A stretch of 64,000 bases of DNA from a virus (IMGVR_UViG_3300007067_000087:13038-77037); one strand, 5' to 3'. Shown: positions 18,229 through 28,425, counted from the stretch's first letter. The notes: generated by a model not told the origin, from the letters alone. Made by a program: numbers and translations.

Positions 18229-19953
18229 TTAAGGGCAGTCTCCAATAAATTCATTCAAAGCCTTGGTAATCAGCTTGCGGCGTTCTGCCAAGAAGTCTTT
18301 GTAATTTACAACTTCCAGTAATTCACGATTTTCATAAGGGATTGCTTGGGTAGAGAAAATCGAACCATCACCGCCGCGTTCAGCTAAAAGATCAACGAAA
18401 TAATCTTTCGGTTCTGCATTGCTGATTTTCTTGTTGGTTCTTGCTCCGATAAAAGCAAAATTGGCAATATCATTGATTTCTTGTTTCTCGTACCTGCCCT
18501 TTAACACGGCTTGTGGGAAAATATGATGCGCTTCCAACAGGTTTTTATCCTCAGCATTTCGGGAAGAAAGTTGTAGGGTAGAGTGCCAGTCTTGCGCCCC
18601 ATTGGCACGGAAAGCAAGAAACATGGTTTTAAATAAGGCACTGCTTTGATTGCGCCCCTCCAACTCGTCCTCAACAATATCAAGTCTACCAAATTGCACC
18701 CGCAACCGATCAATCATTTCTGAAATCGGCTTGTTTTGGCGGATTGTTGATAAATCCTGATCCATCAATGTTTCAACAGAACCTCTTGAAAATCTAGCTT
18801 TGGCATTTGCCAGCAACACCCAATAGCGCAATTGCTTTGCTTCATCAGAACCTAGTCTGAAATCTCGCATATGACAAAAATAGGCAACAATCGAAGTCAG
18901 ATGTGGGGAGGAAAGTAAATTTGGATTATCAATTCCTGTATTGTTGCGCAAGAAATCAATTGCAAAGCGCATTCCCCTACATGCTTTACCCCAAGCCTCT
19001 TGCAATTGATCTTTGGTAAGGCTTGAAAGAGAAGAAAACTTTGACTGCTCGGTAGCGAAAATTACGAGGTTTCTTATGTGAACGCCTAAATCAAGGTCGA
19101 AATTATTTCTGGTGCATTCTTCCTGAAACTCTTCAAATATCTTTAATGAGCCTTGCCATTTGGCGGTTATTTGCGCCAAGGCCAAATCAGAACCACGCAA
19201 TTTTGCTCCCAATGAATTAACACGGACAAAAATCTCTGTCACCTCTTCATAAGATAAGTTTTTCCCCAATATGTCCAAACGGTAAGTGTAGTCTTTAATC
19301 TTGCGCAATTGGGAAAGACGTTTCTGATATTTAGCATAGCGCGGGTCATCCCAACCTGTAAGCCCCGTTTGTCTTAAAATCTCACTTTCGTCCTTGTTGA
19401 ATACATCTGAAACTTTTACCCATTGGGGCAAACGTTCTAGTCTTCCGAATGCTACAACAAAAGTCATCCTATTATAGATTGTAAGCAACTCGTCTTCTGT
19501 TGCTTCTGGGGCATCAGCTTCAACCTCTTCAGTATTTTCTAAATCTTTCTCACTATTACCGGTATCTTCAACCTCCGTTACAACTTCTAAATGGTCGGGA
19601 TGTTCCAGATTAAAGAGTAACTCCATCGGTGAAGCACGTCCCTTAACATAAAGGGGTGTTCCTCTGATAACAGCAGATAATGAAGTGAGGCGTTGCTGCC
19701 CGTCCAGCAACAAATGAGTAGCAGAAAGTCCCGTGGTGTTTTGGCTAACGGCAAACTCTCGCAAAGGAACGGCTTGGTCCCCCATAGCCCACAGCAAGAT
19801 GGCACCTGATGGATATTCGCGGTAGAGGGAATCGAATAAATCCCTTACCCTTGAGGAACGCCATACATACGGTCTTTGCATTTCCGGCAAACGAATTTCA
19901 CCATCCTCAATCTTCCTGATGAGTGTCCCAACACTTGCGTCCGCTCTTTCCAC
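18229..19953 (-). CDS. GmrSD-family (DUF262 plus HNH/DUF1524-like) type IV restriction endonuclease
   Basis: LPEMQRPYVW, LLDGQQRLTS, IFVRVNSLG; C-terminal EAHHIFP and NIANF; GTG start after AGGAG. Confidence 0.85.
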   Translation of the reverse strand: MERADASVGTLIRKIEDGEIRLPEMQRPYVWRSSRVRDLFDSLYREYPSGAILLWAMGDQAVPLREFAVSQNTTGLSATHLLLDGQQRLTSLSAVIRGTPLYVKGRASPMELLFNLEHPDHLEVVTEVEDTGNSEKDLENTEEVEADAPEATEDELLTIYNRMTFVVAFGRLERLPQWVKVSDVFNKDESEILRQTGLTGWDDPRYAKYQKRLSQLRKIKDYTYRLDILGKNLSYEEVTEIFVRVNSLGAKLRGSDLALAQITAKWQGSLKIFEEFQEECTRNNFDLDLGVHIRNLVIFATEQSKFSSLSSLTKDQLQEAWGKACRGMRFAIDFLRNNTGIDNPNLLSSPHLTSIVAYFCHMRDFRLGSDEAKQLRYWVLLANAKARFSRGSVETLMDQDLSTIRQNKPISEMIDRLRVQFGRLDIVEDELEGRNQSSALFKTMFLAFRANGAQDWHSTLQLSSRNAEDKNLLEAHHIFPQAVLKGRYEKQEINDIANFAFIGARTNKKISNAEPKDYFVDLLAERGGDGSIFSTQAIPYENRELLEVVNYKDFLAERRKLITKALNEFIGDCP

Positions 19954-20143
19954 GCTCAGCTCCTACTCTGGCTTAGTTACGCCCCTCAATTCACCAACTA
20001 CCACTGCGCAATTTGAGAGTCCAGTAATTTCACGTATTTTTCGCAAGAATTTACCCCCCCCTAGTATTCTTAAGTATAAATTACAAGTATTAATAGTATA
20101 AATTTAAGTAAAAATAGAAAAATAATGTAAATACAAGAATTTT

Positions 20144-20191
20144 ATACTTGACATATTAGGTAAACATGATAGATTAAAATTATAAGGAAAA
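20144..20191 (+). repeat. 48-bp direct repeat copy 2 (promoter)
   Basis: 45/48 identical to 16255-16302. Confidence 0.88.
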
Positions 20192-20222
20192 ACAATAACT
20201 TAACAAAAATGGAGTAAATAAA

Positions 20223-20519
20223 ATGACAAACGAAATGTTGAATAAATTCGAACAATTCACCAACAACTACCGGATGACCATGCCTTGGAAAATGCCAAAT
20301 GAGGCGGAGAAAATAGACGATTTAATCATATATTTCTCGCATAAAGTGAAAGAAACAGAGGAAAACATCTTCGATACTATGGGTGATTTCTACGCTTTTT
20401 ATCGCGGGTTTCTTCAGAGCAAAACTGAAGATGGCGTTATTGAAGTATACCATGAAGGAGTTGACGGTTTTCTTACTTTCGTCAAAAAGGTAGCAGAGGA
20501 ATTTGGTCTTTCTAGATGA
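20223..20519 (+). CDS. Hypothetical protein
   Basis: GGAG RBS; downstream of the repeated promoter. Confidence 0.65.
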   Translation: MTNEMLNKFEQFTNNYRMTMPWKMPNEAEKIDDLIIYFSHKVKETEENIFDTMGDFYAFYRGFLQSKTEDGVIEVYHEGVDGFLTFVKKVAEEFGLSR

Positions 20520-20607
20520 CCATTCCCTCCGAAATGTTCTGATTGATTTATCAGGGCATTTCGGGGTATTATGTCCCAAGGTTGAATTTAAATGGAGTTT
20601 TCGTAAT

Positions 20608-20838
20608 ATGCCCCTACAAACCAGTGAGCAATTTATTACCCAAATTGACTCCAGTCTTTTGTCTGCCCTTAAGGGGATTGCACAGAAAGAGGGACAACAA
20701 CTGCAAACTCTCGTCAATGAAGCCTTGCTTGATCTGGTTGAGAAGCACAAGCAGGGCATCCCCCGTGCCCATGTCATGGCTACTTATCAAGAGAGCCTTG
20801 AGAAATTCGATGCGCTTTACAAAAAGTTGGCGCAATGA
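20608..20838 (+). CDS. RHH-type antitoxin
   Basis: 76 aa, LLSALKGIAQKEGQQLQTLVNEAL; ATGA-coupled to doc. Confidence 0.7.
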   Translation: MPLQTSEQFITQIDSSLLSALKGIAQKEGQQLQTLVNEALLDLVEKHKQGIPRAHVMATYQESLEKFDALYKKLAQ

Positions 20839-21212
20839 CTGAATACTTGACTATTCTTGAAGTTCTAATAATTCACCAAGATCAAATTGAACGTTATGGT
20901 GGTACACACGGCATCCGTGACCGAGGATTATTAGATGCTGCCCTATCACGTCCACAATCAGGCCATTACGTTAATCTGATTGAGGAAGCCGCTGCCCTAT
21001 GGGAAAGCCTCGCTCAAAACCATCCTTTTATAGACGGAAATAAACGGGTAGCCTTTGCAACTGCCTACACTTTTCTTGCCATAAATGGTGTGCGTATTAT
21101 AGCTGGAGAAGAAGAAGTCTTCGACTTCATCAACAATCTTTATCAAATAAACAGTTTTAAATTTGAAAGCTTGGTAGCTTGGTTGAAGAATAATACATTG
21201 TCTAGTTTATGA
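20835..21212 (+). CDS. doc: Doc (death-on-curing) toxin
   Basis: HPFIDGNKRVA; GIRDRGLLDAALSRP. Confidence 0.9.
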   Translation: MTEYLTILEVLIIHQDQIERYGGTHGIRDRGLLDAALSRPQSGHYVNLIEEAAALWESLAQNHPFIDGNKRVAFATAYTFLAINGVRIIAGEEEVFDFINNLYQINSFKFESLVAWLKNNTLSSL

Positions 21213-21291
21213 GACTTATGCGGTTCAACCAATAGGCCACTTAACTCTGCCTATCTTTACGGATAAAGTCCGCTCTGTTAATGTCTTTCAT

Positions 21292-21516
21292 ATGGGAAAA
21301 TATGTATGCAAGACTTATGTGGTGATGAAGGCTGATCGAGATGGTTCTCTTTATGGCGCACCGTTGGCGATTAAGCTCACCTATGCAGCGGCTCACAAAA
21401 TCGCTAAACAGCATGCCCCAGCACGTGTCTTTTGCTTGATTGCCGACAAGAACGATGATCTGAACGGGGCGTTTTTCCCTGATGGTTCAGAGCGTGAGCC
21501 AGACCTCTCTCAATAA
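21292..21516 (+). CDS. Hypothetical protein
   Basis: 74-aa ORF whose stop lies in the palindrome flank. Confidence 0.5.
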   Translation: MGKYVCKTYVVMKADRDGSLYGAPLAIKLTYAAAHKIAKQHAPARVFCLIADKNDDLNGAFFPDGSEREPDLSQ

Positions 21517-21517
21517 T

Positions 21518-21533
21518 TTGCAATCAATTGCAA
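21518..21533. promoter_or_regulatory. Palindrome copy upstream of tail chaperone
   Basis: TTGCAATCAATTGCAA. Confidence 0.8.
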
Positions 21534-21593
21534 ATATATTTTTACTTTTGTATCTTGTTCTCTGTGTTTAATCTTACAGCCCGGAGGCAGAAC

Positions 21594-22109
21594 ATGGCTC
21601 TCATTGCAATGACCACCTCAGAAACCATCACTTACGTTTCTGACAAAGACCCCGCCAAGAGGAAAATTACCGCTTTTCTTGACCCTACTGATCCATCAAA
21701 AGGTGAAACGACCTCCTCGGAGATTGGCTCTGATGCCACCGTGTTCAGGTTGCGCCCGTTGGATGTGTTCCTGATGGGTTATATTTATGACAATGCCTCT
21801 GAACTTTCAGGGCGGCAGGATAGTATTGAAATTGGCATCCGTACCAAAATTAACCAGACCAATATTGAGGCCGTCCGTCACGGGCTTGTTGGCTTTAGTA
21901 ATTTCTTTGACAAAGCCGGTAAAGAAGTGCGATTTGAAACCCACACCATCAAGATCAATGACCGTGAATATACAATTGCCAGCGATGCAACCATGAAGCT
22001 GTTAGGCATCCAGCTTATTCAGGAATTGGCGGAACAGATCAAGAGTATCAGCGAGGTGTCGGCAGATGAAGAAAAAAACTCATCCGGGGCATTGTCGCCA
22101 GCCGATTAA
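21594..22109 (+). CDS. Tail assembly chaperone (lambda G analogue)
   Basis: GGAGG RBS; precedes tape measure; slippery A AAA AAC near 3' end. Confidence 0.7.
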   Translation: MALIAMTTSETITYVSDKDPAKRKITAFLDPTDPSKGETTSSEIGSDATVFRLRPLDVFLMGYIYDNASELSGRQDSIEIGIRTKINQTNIEAVRHGLVGFSNFFDKAGKEVRFETHTIKINDREYTIASDATMKLLGIQLIQELAEQIKSISEVSADEEKNSSGALSPAD

Positions 22110-22498
22110 TGCCCGAACGCAATTGTGCCACCTGCACCCAGCAACAAAGGTGGGGTTGTACAGCAATCAGGTGGCGGTATCCCGATAAGGGTAAATCTGA
22201 TCAACCCAGTAATTGGATACGACCTGCTGCCCTGCCAGTGACGATATTGGGAGAAACCTCTTATGCTTGCCCCCGCCAACCATTACGTGAAAACCCACAA
22301 TATTGGGTTAAACTGTTTCGGTTTTATGGCTTGTTCAAGCAGGGGTTTCTCCCACAAATGGGAGCAGTACAAGACCAATGTAGCAAAGCAATCGATCTGT
22401 TCCGTATCATGGATGCCACCATCCAGCAATGCGACAGGATTGAATCGGAACAGGCACAGAAGAAGCAAAACCGTAAACCAGCAAGACGCGCAAAATAG
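22073..22498 (+). CDS. -1 frame extension of chaperone (lambda T analogue)
   Basis: Open -1 frame from 22073 (KKLIRGIVASRLMPERN...) joins ORF 22109-22498. Confidence 0.7.
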   Translation, partial: KKLIRGIVASRLMPERNCATCTQQQRWGCTAIRWRYPDKGKSDQPSNWIRPAALPVTILGETSYACPRQPLRENPQYWVKLFRFYGLFKQGFLPQMGAVQDQCSKAIDLFRIMDATIQQCDRIESEQAQKKQNRKPARRAK

Positions 22499-22539
22499 CC
22501 TACTCACGCATTTGCAAATATTTGCACGGGATAAAAGAG

Positions 22540-25500
22540 ATGAATAATGAAGAACTCAAATTTATCTTGAAAATGCGTGACGAGGCAAGTGCTGTCTTGA
22601 GCAATGTCGGGATGGGTTTTGATCGTGCCGGTAAAGAGGCGAAGAGCTTTTCCCAAAGCGCACAACAGGCCGATCAATCTCTGAATAACGTTATTAGCAC
22701 GGCCAAACAGGCAGCAGTAGCCTTGAGTGGTATCTGGGCATCCAGTAAATTATTCTCAGGCGCGATGAGTGCTTTTTCTGAATATGAACAAGGCATGTTG
22801 AACGTCAAGAAGACGACCAATATGTCTGCTGAAGAAATGGAGGATTTCAAGCAAGCTTTTACCGAAATGTCGTCAACAATGGCTGGTATTGACCGTAAGG
22901 CAATGCTGGATATTGCTGGAGCAGCGGGGCAGCTTGGCATCAAGGGACGCGATAACATTCTTGCCTTTACCGAGACAATGAGCATGCTTGGCGTTGCCAC
23001 CGATATTGTTGGCCGCGATGGAGCGAAGAGCTTTGCCCGTTTCCTTGCCTTGTCGAAAGAAACAGCACAATCTGCCGGTCGTCTTGGTGCTGTTATCAAC
23101 CAGTTGGGTAATAACTTCGCCGCTGATGAGAGCGAAATTCTCAAAATGTCAATGACCTTGGCACAGGCGACAGCCCGTTTTGAGTTTGGGGCAGACAAAC
23201 TTTTAGGTCTTGGCGCAGCCGCCGCTCAATTGAACATGCGCCCTGAATTGTTTGCTACCACCACCCAAAGAAGCTTGGGGGCATTATTTGATGCGGCAAC
23301 CAATAACACAAAGGGCATGCAACAGCTTTCCGCCATTTTGGGAACAACAGATGAAGAATTTAAAAATCTGATCAATACCAATCCGGCACAGGCCTTGACG
23401 GATTTCTATGACGTGCTCGGCGCAATCAATGCGGACGGTCAGTCGATGACCGGCTTTCTTGCTCAATTTCAACTACAGGGGCAGGAGACACAACGTGTTC
23501 TTGGCACGATGGCACAAAATGCTGATCTCGCCCGAAACGCTATCAATATGGCCTTGACGGAAAGCGGGGAGGCGCAAGCCCTTAGAAAGGAATATAGCAG
23601 CTTTATTGATGGGCTTGAGCAAAATATCACTTGGCTGAAAAACGCTTTCAAAGACCTTGGTACATTTATATTCGGCCCGGTGGCTGAGGATTTAAAAGAC
23701 TTGGTTAAAACGGCAAAGGAGAAAATTGATGGGATAAGGAAGGCTTTTGTCAGCCTATCCCCGACAATGCAGAAAGTCATTTCTTACGCAGCATTGATTG
23801 TCCCCCCGCTTATTGCGGCAATTCCTGCGGTAAGATTATTAGGCGCAGCCGTGAAACTGGCTTTTGGCTTTAACATGTTCAGTGCAGCGATTACTGCGAT
23901 CAAGTGGGTAGGAAAAGGCCTCACGCTGATTTTCGGCCAGCTTGGAATTGTTCGATTGGCTTTTTCAGGGCTTGCCAAAGTAGCTATTTGGGCAGGTGGA
24001 GCAATTGTTGGGGCAATCGGAGCTATCCCGTTACTCATTGCCGCAGCGGTAGCCGCTATTATTGGTATTGGGTTGATTATCTGGAAATATTGGGATGATA
24101 TTACCTCATGGCTCGGTGAGCGGTGGGATGCGTTCCTTAATATATTTGAAGGTGGTTGGTCGGAAATTCTGCCCCGCATGTGGGAGTATTGGAAGGAGTC
24201 ATGGCTTGGTATTATTAGCGGTTTAAAACGCATCTTTACCGATTTTTGGGATTGGTTGATGGGGCATGGTGAAGAAACAGTAGAGGTTGCCGCTGAAGTC
24301 GATACGAAGGAAGTCAAGAAACAAATAGAAGAGCTTGATACTGCAAAAATTGTCATTGAGGGGCATCTGGTAGAACCCACCATCAACAAAACCTATGTTG
24401 AGGCAATGCGCGGCTTGAGTGACGAGCAGCGCGATTTGATTGATAAGTTCGATACGATGGGTAAGGCGATGCAGGAGGTGGCCGATATTGAAGCTGCTAT
24501 TGCCAAGCTTAAAACCCTGCAAGAAGCCTCTTACGATTACCGGGACAAAAAGCAGCTTGCCATGGTTGAGGCCAAGCTTGAAGCCTATAAAGAAACGCTT
24601 GCCCCCCTCAAACAACAAATCAAGGAAATTGATAAAGAGTTGGAGAAAACCAAGGCTGTTACAGGAGAACAAAAAGCACAGCTTGAAATAACGGAAGCCA
24701 TCCGTGCCGCCACCGAGCAATTGGGTATTCTTGAGAAAGAAGAACTTGCTCTCCTTACCAGCCGAACACAGGAATTACAGAAAGCTCGCCAGCTTGTCGC
24801 CTTTGATGAGGTACGAGATAATATTCAGGATGATATAGATGCTGCCCGTGCCGTCACTGTCGCCGCCAAGGATGAGTTGGAGGTGCGTAAGCGTATCCGT
24901 GACCTTAACCGTGAAAACATCGCCATTAGTAAGGAACAGGAAGAGCGTATTCGCCGCCAGATGGAGACATTGCGTAAAACCAACCGCGACCAAGCTTTTA
25001 CTGATTTGATGGAGAGCACAAGGCGCGAATTGCAAATGGTGCGGGCAACCACAGCCGCCGAAAAAGAACAGTTGCAAATCCGTCACCAGATTGCCGATTT
25101 TGAAAAATCCAATGGTGAGATGAGTACCGTTCAAAGACGCACTTTGGTTTTAACTCAAGCCGCCAAAACCCAGATGGAGGCTTTCAACAGTTTGAAAGAT
25201 ACGCTTGACCCTGTCGGGGCAGCAACAAGAGAATATGGCGATAATGTCGCCACCTTAAACCGTGCACTTGGAGATGGTACGATCACACTTACGCAATACC
25301 AGCAGCTTCTGGCAACCTTGCAGCAAACTACGCAAGCCGCCCGTGATCCGTTCGCGAGCCAGATAAAGAACTTGCGCCGCCAGATGGATTTGGCGAAAGT
25401 CGTTGGTGATTACCGTGAGGCCGATAAAAAGACCATCCAGTCAATTTTAGACATGCAGGATAAAGGACTTACTGTCAGTCGTGAACAAATAATGTTGCTA

Positions 25501-27357
25501 GCCGAGGCCAACCGGCAATTACAAGATATTGAGAAGACCCAATCCTCCGGCTTGCATGGCTGGATGAACTCTATTGGCTCAATGCGTGATAATCTTCTCG
25601 ATTTGACGAAAGACTTTGCCAGCGAAATGTCCAAATCCATTGTTGGGGCGTTTACCGATGGTAAAAGTGCCATGGAAAATTTCTTCAAGAATATGGCGAA
25701 TAAATTGCTGGAAATCAGTGTCAATCAGGCATTGAAGGGGTTGCTGACAAGCATGACACCAAAGGCTGATAGCACAACTTCAAAAGGCGGTTTCTTAAGC
25801 AAGTTATTTGGCGATATTGCCGGGGTTAAACCAAATGACAACGACATTGCCAGCATCCAGTCGCTTACTGCCCAAACCATGCCCGTTACAGCAGCGCAAG
25901 TCATCATCAACGGTTCTGTCGCCGCCATCAACTCAACTCCAGCTTTAGGAAATTCTAGAGGAGTTTCTAGTAACAACGTTTCTTCCCCACCAGTCGGGCG
26001 TATCTATGAGGATTTGGCGGCGGCCAATCAAGCCATTCAACAAACAGTTGCCGGGGCGGCCGCTTCTGCCGTTGATAATGCCACAAGATTTCTCAATATG
26101 CACGAGGTAAAAAACGGTTCTGCACTCAATAGCTTCATGCGCTCTAATGGAGTTAACATTAATGCCGCGCAAACAGCATGGTGCGCCGGTTTTGTCAATG
26201 CCAATCTAAACGCTATGGGACTGAAAGGCTCTGGTTCATTAGTCGCCAACTCATTCCTTGGTTGGGGTATGCCGGTTGAAGCTAACCAAGTCGCAAAGGG
26301 TGACGTTCTCGTTAAGCATAACGGCAAGGGCTATAATAATGTCGGCGGCCATGTCGGTTTTGCCACCGGCAACAGCCAAATGACGGATCGTGGACTGATG
26401 CTGGAAATGCTCTCCGGTAATCAGGGAAACCGCGTACAAAAAACGTGGGAAATGGCAGACGGGTTATCCATCCGGCGCGGTGTTGAACAACAAATGGCTC
26501 AAGCCAATCAACAAATCACTCAAGCCAGCCAGAAGATGCAGGAATTAGGCCAAAGCATGCAAGTCGCCGGTCAAAACAGTCAAACATTAGGGCAGAATAT
26601 CAATCAAGCTGGTTCTGCCGCACAACAAGCCGGAACAAATACGCAAAATTCTAGCCAAGCTTTCAACCAAGCAGGGCAAAATGCTCAAAACACCGGTAGC
26701 CTCTTTACCCAAGCTGGAACACTGGTACAACAGGCCGGTGAAAAAGTACGCCAAGTCGGTCAATCGGTTGCATCTAGCGTTCCCAGCCTGTCCAATTTCA
26801 CGCAAGGGGTAAATAACGTTGGTAACAATGCCGCTCAAGCCTCACAACCTTTAAGCGGTTTTAATAGTATCCTTGGCTCTCTTCTTCAGCAGCTTCTCGG
26901 CGGTTTGGGAGGCGGGGCGGGCGGTGGTATGGGTGGAATATTCAGTTCTCTTCTGGGCGCGTTCTTCCATAGTGGCGGTAAAGTCGGTTCGCACACTGAC
27001 ATCAGACCAATCAGCCTTGGTTCTCTTCCCCGCTTCCATAAAGGCAATAGCTTGAAAGGGGATGAGTTCTTAAGTGTCCTGCAAAAGGGTGAACGGGTGC
27101 TAACGGAACGCCAAGAGGGACAGACTTTAGGTCTGATAAAAGGTTTGGCAAATTCTGCTGTCAATAATGTTTCAAACGTGTTTGCCCCGCAAATGTCGAT
27201 CAAGGTTGAGGGCGATTCAAAGGGTGAGGAAGCAGATCAGAAACTCGCTGCCAGACTGTCACACGAGCTTGATTTGATGTTGAAAGCCAAAATGAGTGAA
27301 TTTGCCCAAGAAAATATGCGTAATGGCGGACTACTTAATCAAGGAAAATTTGCATGA
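22540..27357 (+). CDS. Tape measure protein (TP901-type N-domain) with embedded CHAP-like peptidase
   Basis: About 1605 aa, Ala-rich helical, TM segments; WCAGF/GHVGF/GNQ at 26179-26424. Confidence 0.92.
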   Translation: MNNEELKFILKMRDEASAVLSNVGMGFDRAGKEAKSFSQSAQQADQSLNNVISTAKQAAVALSGIWASSKLFSGAMSAFSEYEQGMLNVKKTTNMSAEEMEDFKQAFTEMSSTMAGIDRKAMLDIAGAAGQLGIKGRDNILAFTETMSMLGVATDIVGRDGAKSFARFLALSKETAQSAGRLGAVINQLGNNFAADESEILKMSMTLAQATARFEFGADKLLGLGAAAAQLNMRPELFATTTQRSLGALFDAATNNTKGMQQLSAILGTTDEEFKNLINTNPAQALTDFYDVLGAINADGQSMTGFLAQFQLQGQETQRVLGTMAQNADLARNAINMALTESGEAQALRKEYSSFIDGLEQNITWLKNAFKDLGTFIFGPVAEDLKDLVKTAKEKIDGIRKAFVSLSPTMQKVISYAALIVPPLIAAIPAVRLLGAAVKLAFGFNMFSAAITAIKWVGKGLTLIFGQLGIVRLAFSGLAKVAIWAGGAIVGAIGAIPLLIAAAVAAIIGIGLIIWKYWDDITSWLGERWDAFLNIFEGGWSEILPRMWEYWKESWLGIISGLKRIFTDFWDWLMGHGEETVEVAAEVDTKEVKKQIEELDTAKIVIEGHLVEPTINKTYVEAMRGLSDEQRDLIDKFDTMGKAMQEVADIEAAIAKLKTLQEASYDYRDKKQLAMVEAKLEAYKETLAPLKQQIKEIDKELEKTKAVTGEQKAQLEITEAIRAATEQLGILEKEELALLTSRTQELQKARQLVAFDEVRDNIQDDIDAARAVTVAAKDELEVRKRIRDLNRENIAISKEQEERIRRQMETLRKTNRDQAFTDLMESTRRELQMVRATTAAEKEQLQIRHQIADFEKSNGEMSTVQRRTLVLTQAAKTQMEAFNSLKDTLDPVGAATREYGDNVATLNRALGDGTITLTQYQQLLATLQQTTQAARDPFASQIKNLRRQMDLAKVVGDYREADKKTIQSILDMQDKGLTVSREQIMLLAEANRQLQDIEKTQSSGLHGWMNSIGSMRDNLLDLTKDFASEMSKSIVGAFTDGKSAMENFFKNMANKLLEISVNQALKGLLTSMTPKADSTTSKGGFLSKLFGDIAGVKPNDNDIASIQSLTAQTMPVTAAQVIINGSVAAINSTPALGNSRGVSSNNVSSPPVGRIYEDLAAANQAIQQTVAGAAASAVDNATRFLNMHEVKNGSALNSFMRSNGVNINAAQTAWCAGFVNANLNAMGLKGSGSLVANSFLGWGMPVEANQVAKGDVLVKHNGKGYNNVGGHVGFATGNSQMTDRGLMLEMLSGNQGNRVQKTWEMADGLSIRRGVEQQMAQANQQITQASQKMQELGQSMQVAGQNSQTLGQNINQAGSAAQQAGTNTQNSSQAFNQAGQNAQNTGSLFTQAGTLVQQAGEKVRQVGQSVASSVPSLSNFTQGVNNVGNNAAQASQPLSGFNSILGSLLQQLLGGLGGGAGGGMGGIFSSLLGAFFHSGGKVGSHTDIRPISLGSLPRFHKGNSLKGDEFLSVLQKGERVLTERQEGQTLGLIKGLANSAVNNVSNVFAPQMSIKVEGDSKGEEADQKLAARLSHELDLMLKAKMSEFAQENMRNGGLLNQGKFA

Positions 27358-27716
27358 GCCATCCTGTCTTTCCGCAACCAAGCCCTGACGTTACCAGTGT
27401 TTCCCCCGGCTCATCCATTAGTTTCAAACCACGAGTAAACCGTGCTGATTTTGGTGATGGTTACTCGCAACGCTCCGGTGACGGTTTAAATGCCAATCCT
27501 GCCAACCTTTCAGCCAGTTTTGATAATCTTCTTGCGCATGAGGCCGATATAATCATGGCGTTTCTGGCTGAGCGTAAAGGCTATCTGCCATTTCTGTTTC
27601 TTGTTCCAGGTGAGACACAACCACGCCAATTTATATGCCCTGAATGGCGTAAAGATTTGGCAGGGGCAAAACATTTCAATATCTCGGCCAGTTTTGAAGA
27701 GAGTTTTGATCCATGA
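27354..27716 (+). CDS. Minor tail protein M-like
   Basis: FGDGYSQR..DGLN, FICPEW; follows tape measure. Confidence 0.85.
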   Translation: MSHPVFPQPSPDVTSVSPGSSISFKPRVNRADFGDGYSQRSGDGLNANPANLSASFDNLLAHEADIIMAFLAERKGYLPFLFLVPGETQPRQFICPEWRKDLAGAKHFNISASFEESFDP

Positions 27717-28420
27717 ACATAGCTGCCGCTTCCCAAAGCCTTACCCCGGGCGATAAAGTTAATCTCTACACTCTTGATCTTAACCCTGTCGGTGTACAGA
27801 TGATTTTGCATTTCACAAATAACCGCCTTGAAGACTGCAGTCCGGTCATCTTCAACAAGATTGAATATGCCCATGTTGATATTGAAACCAGTGGGTGGGA
27901 ACAAACCGGCACGGGTCCGTTTCCTCGCCCCAAAGTCAATATTGGCAATGTGTTTGATTTCCTCTCCGGCCTACTTTACGCTTATGATGATCTTGTTGGG
28001 GCAAAATTCATCCGCCTTGTCACCTTCCGTCAGTTTCTGGACAATGGTGACGCGCCTGATCCCGATTCTTACTTTCCACCTGATATTTACGTCATTGAGC
28101 AAAAAACGGCAGCGACAAAATCTTCCATTGAATTTACATTGTCTGCCGCTGTTGATCAACAAGGCGTGACCTTACCCAGACGCAAGATTTTTCGAGACAC
28201 TTGTACCCACTCCTACCGCATCCCTAAAGCGGGGGGATTTAACTATAATAAGGCGACTTGCCCCTATACCGGCACGGCCTGTTTCAACAAAAATGGTGAT
28301 GCCACCACGCCAGATAAAGATCAATGCGGCTATCGCTTGTCTGACTGTAAATTACGTTTTCCAACCGGTGCATTGCCAACACGGGCTTTCCCCGGTGTTG
28401 TCCGCACAAGCTTGAGGTAG
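27713..28420 (+). CDS. Minor tail protein L-like
   Basis: FLDNGDAPDP, IEFTLSAAVD, LPRR, Cys cluster C..Y...C.Y.G..C, C...LSDCKLRF. Confidence 0.88.
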   Translation: MNIAAASQSLTPGDKVNLYTLDLNPVGVQMILHFTNNRLEDCSPVIFNKIEYAHVDIETSGWEQTGTGPFPRPKVNIGNVFDFLSGLLYAYDDLVGAKFIRLVTFRQFLDNGDAPDPDSYFPPDIYVIEQKTAATKSSIEFTLSAAVDQQGVTLPRRKIFRDTCTHSYRIPKAGGFNYNKATCPYTGTACFNKNGDATTPDKDQCGYRLSDCKLRFPTGALPTRAFPGVVRTSLR

Positions 28421-28425
28421 AAGAA

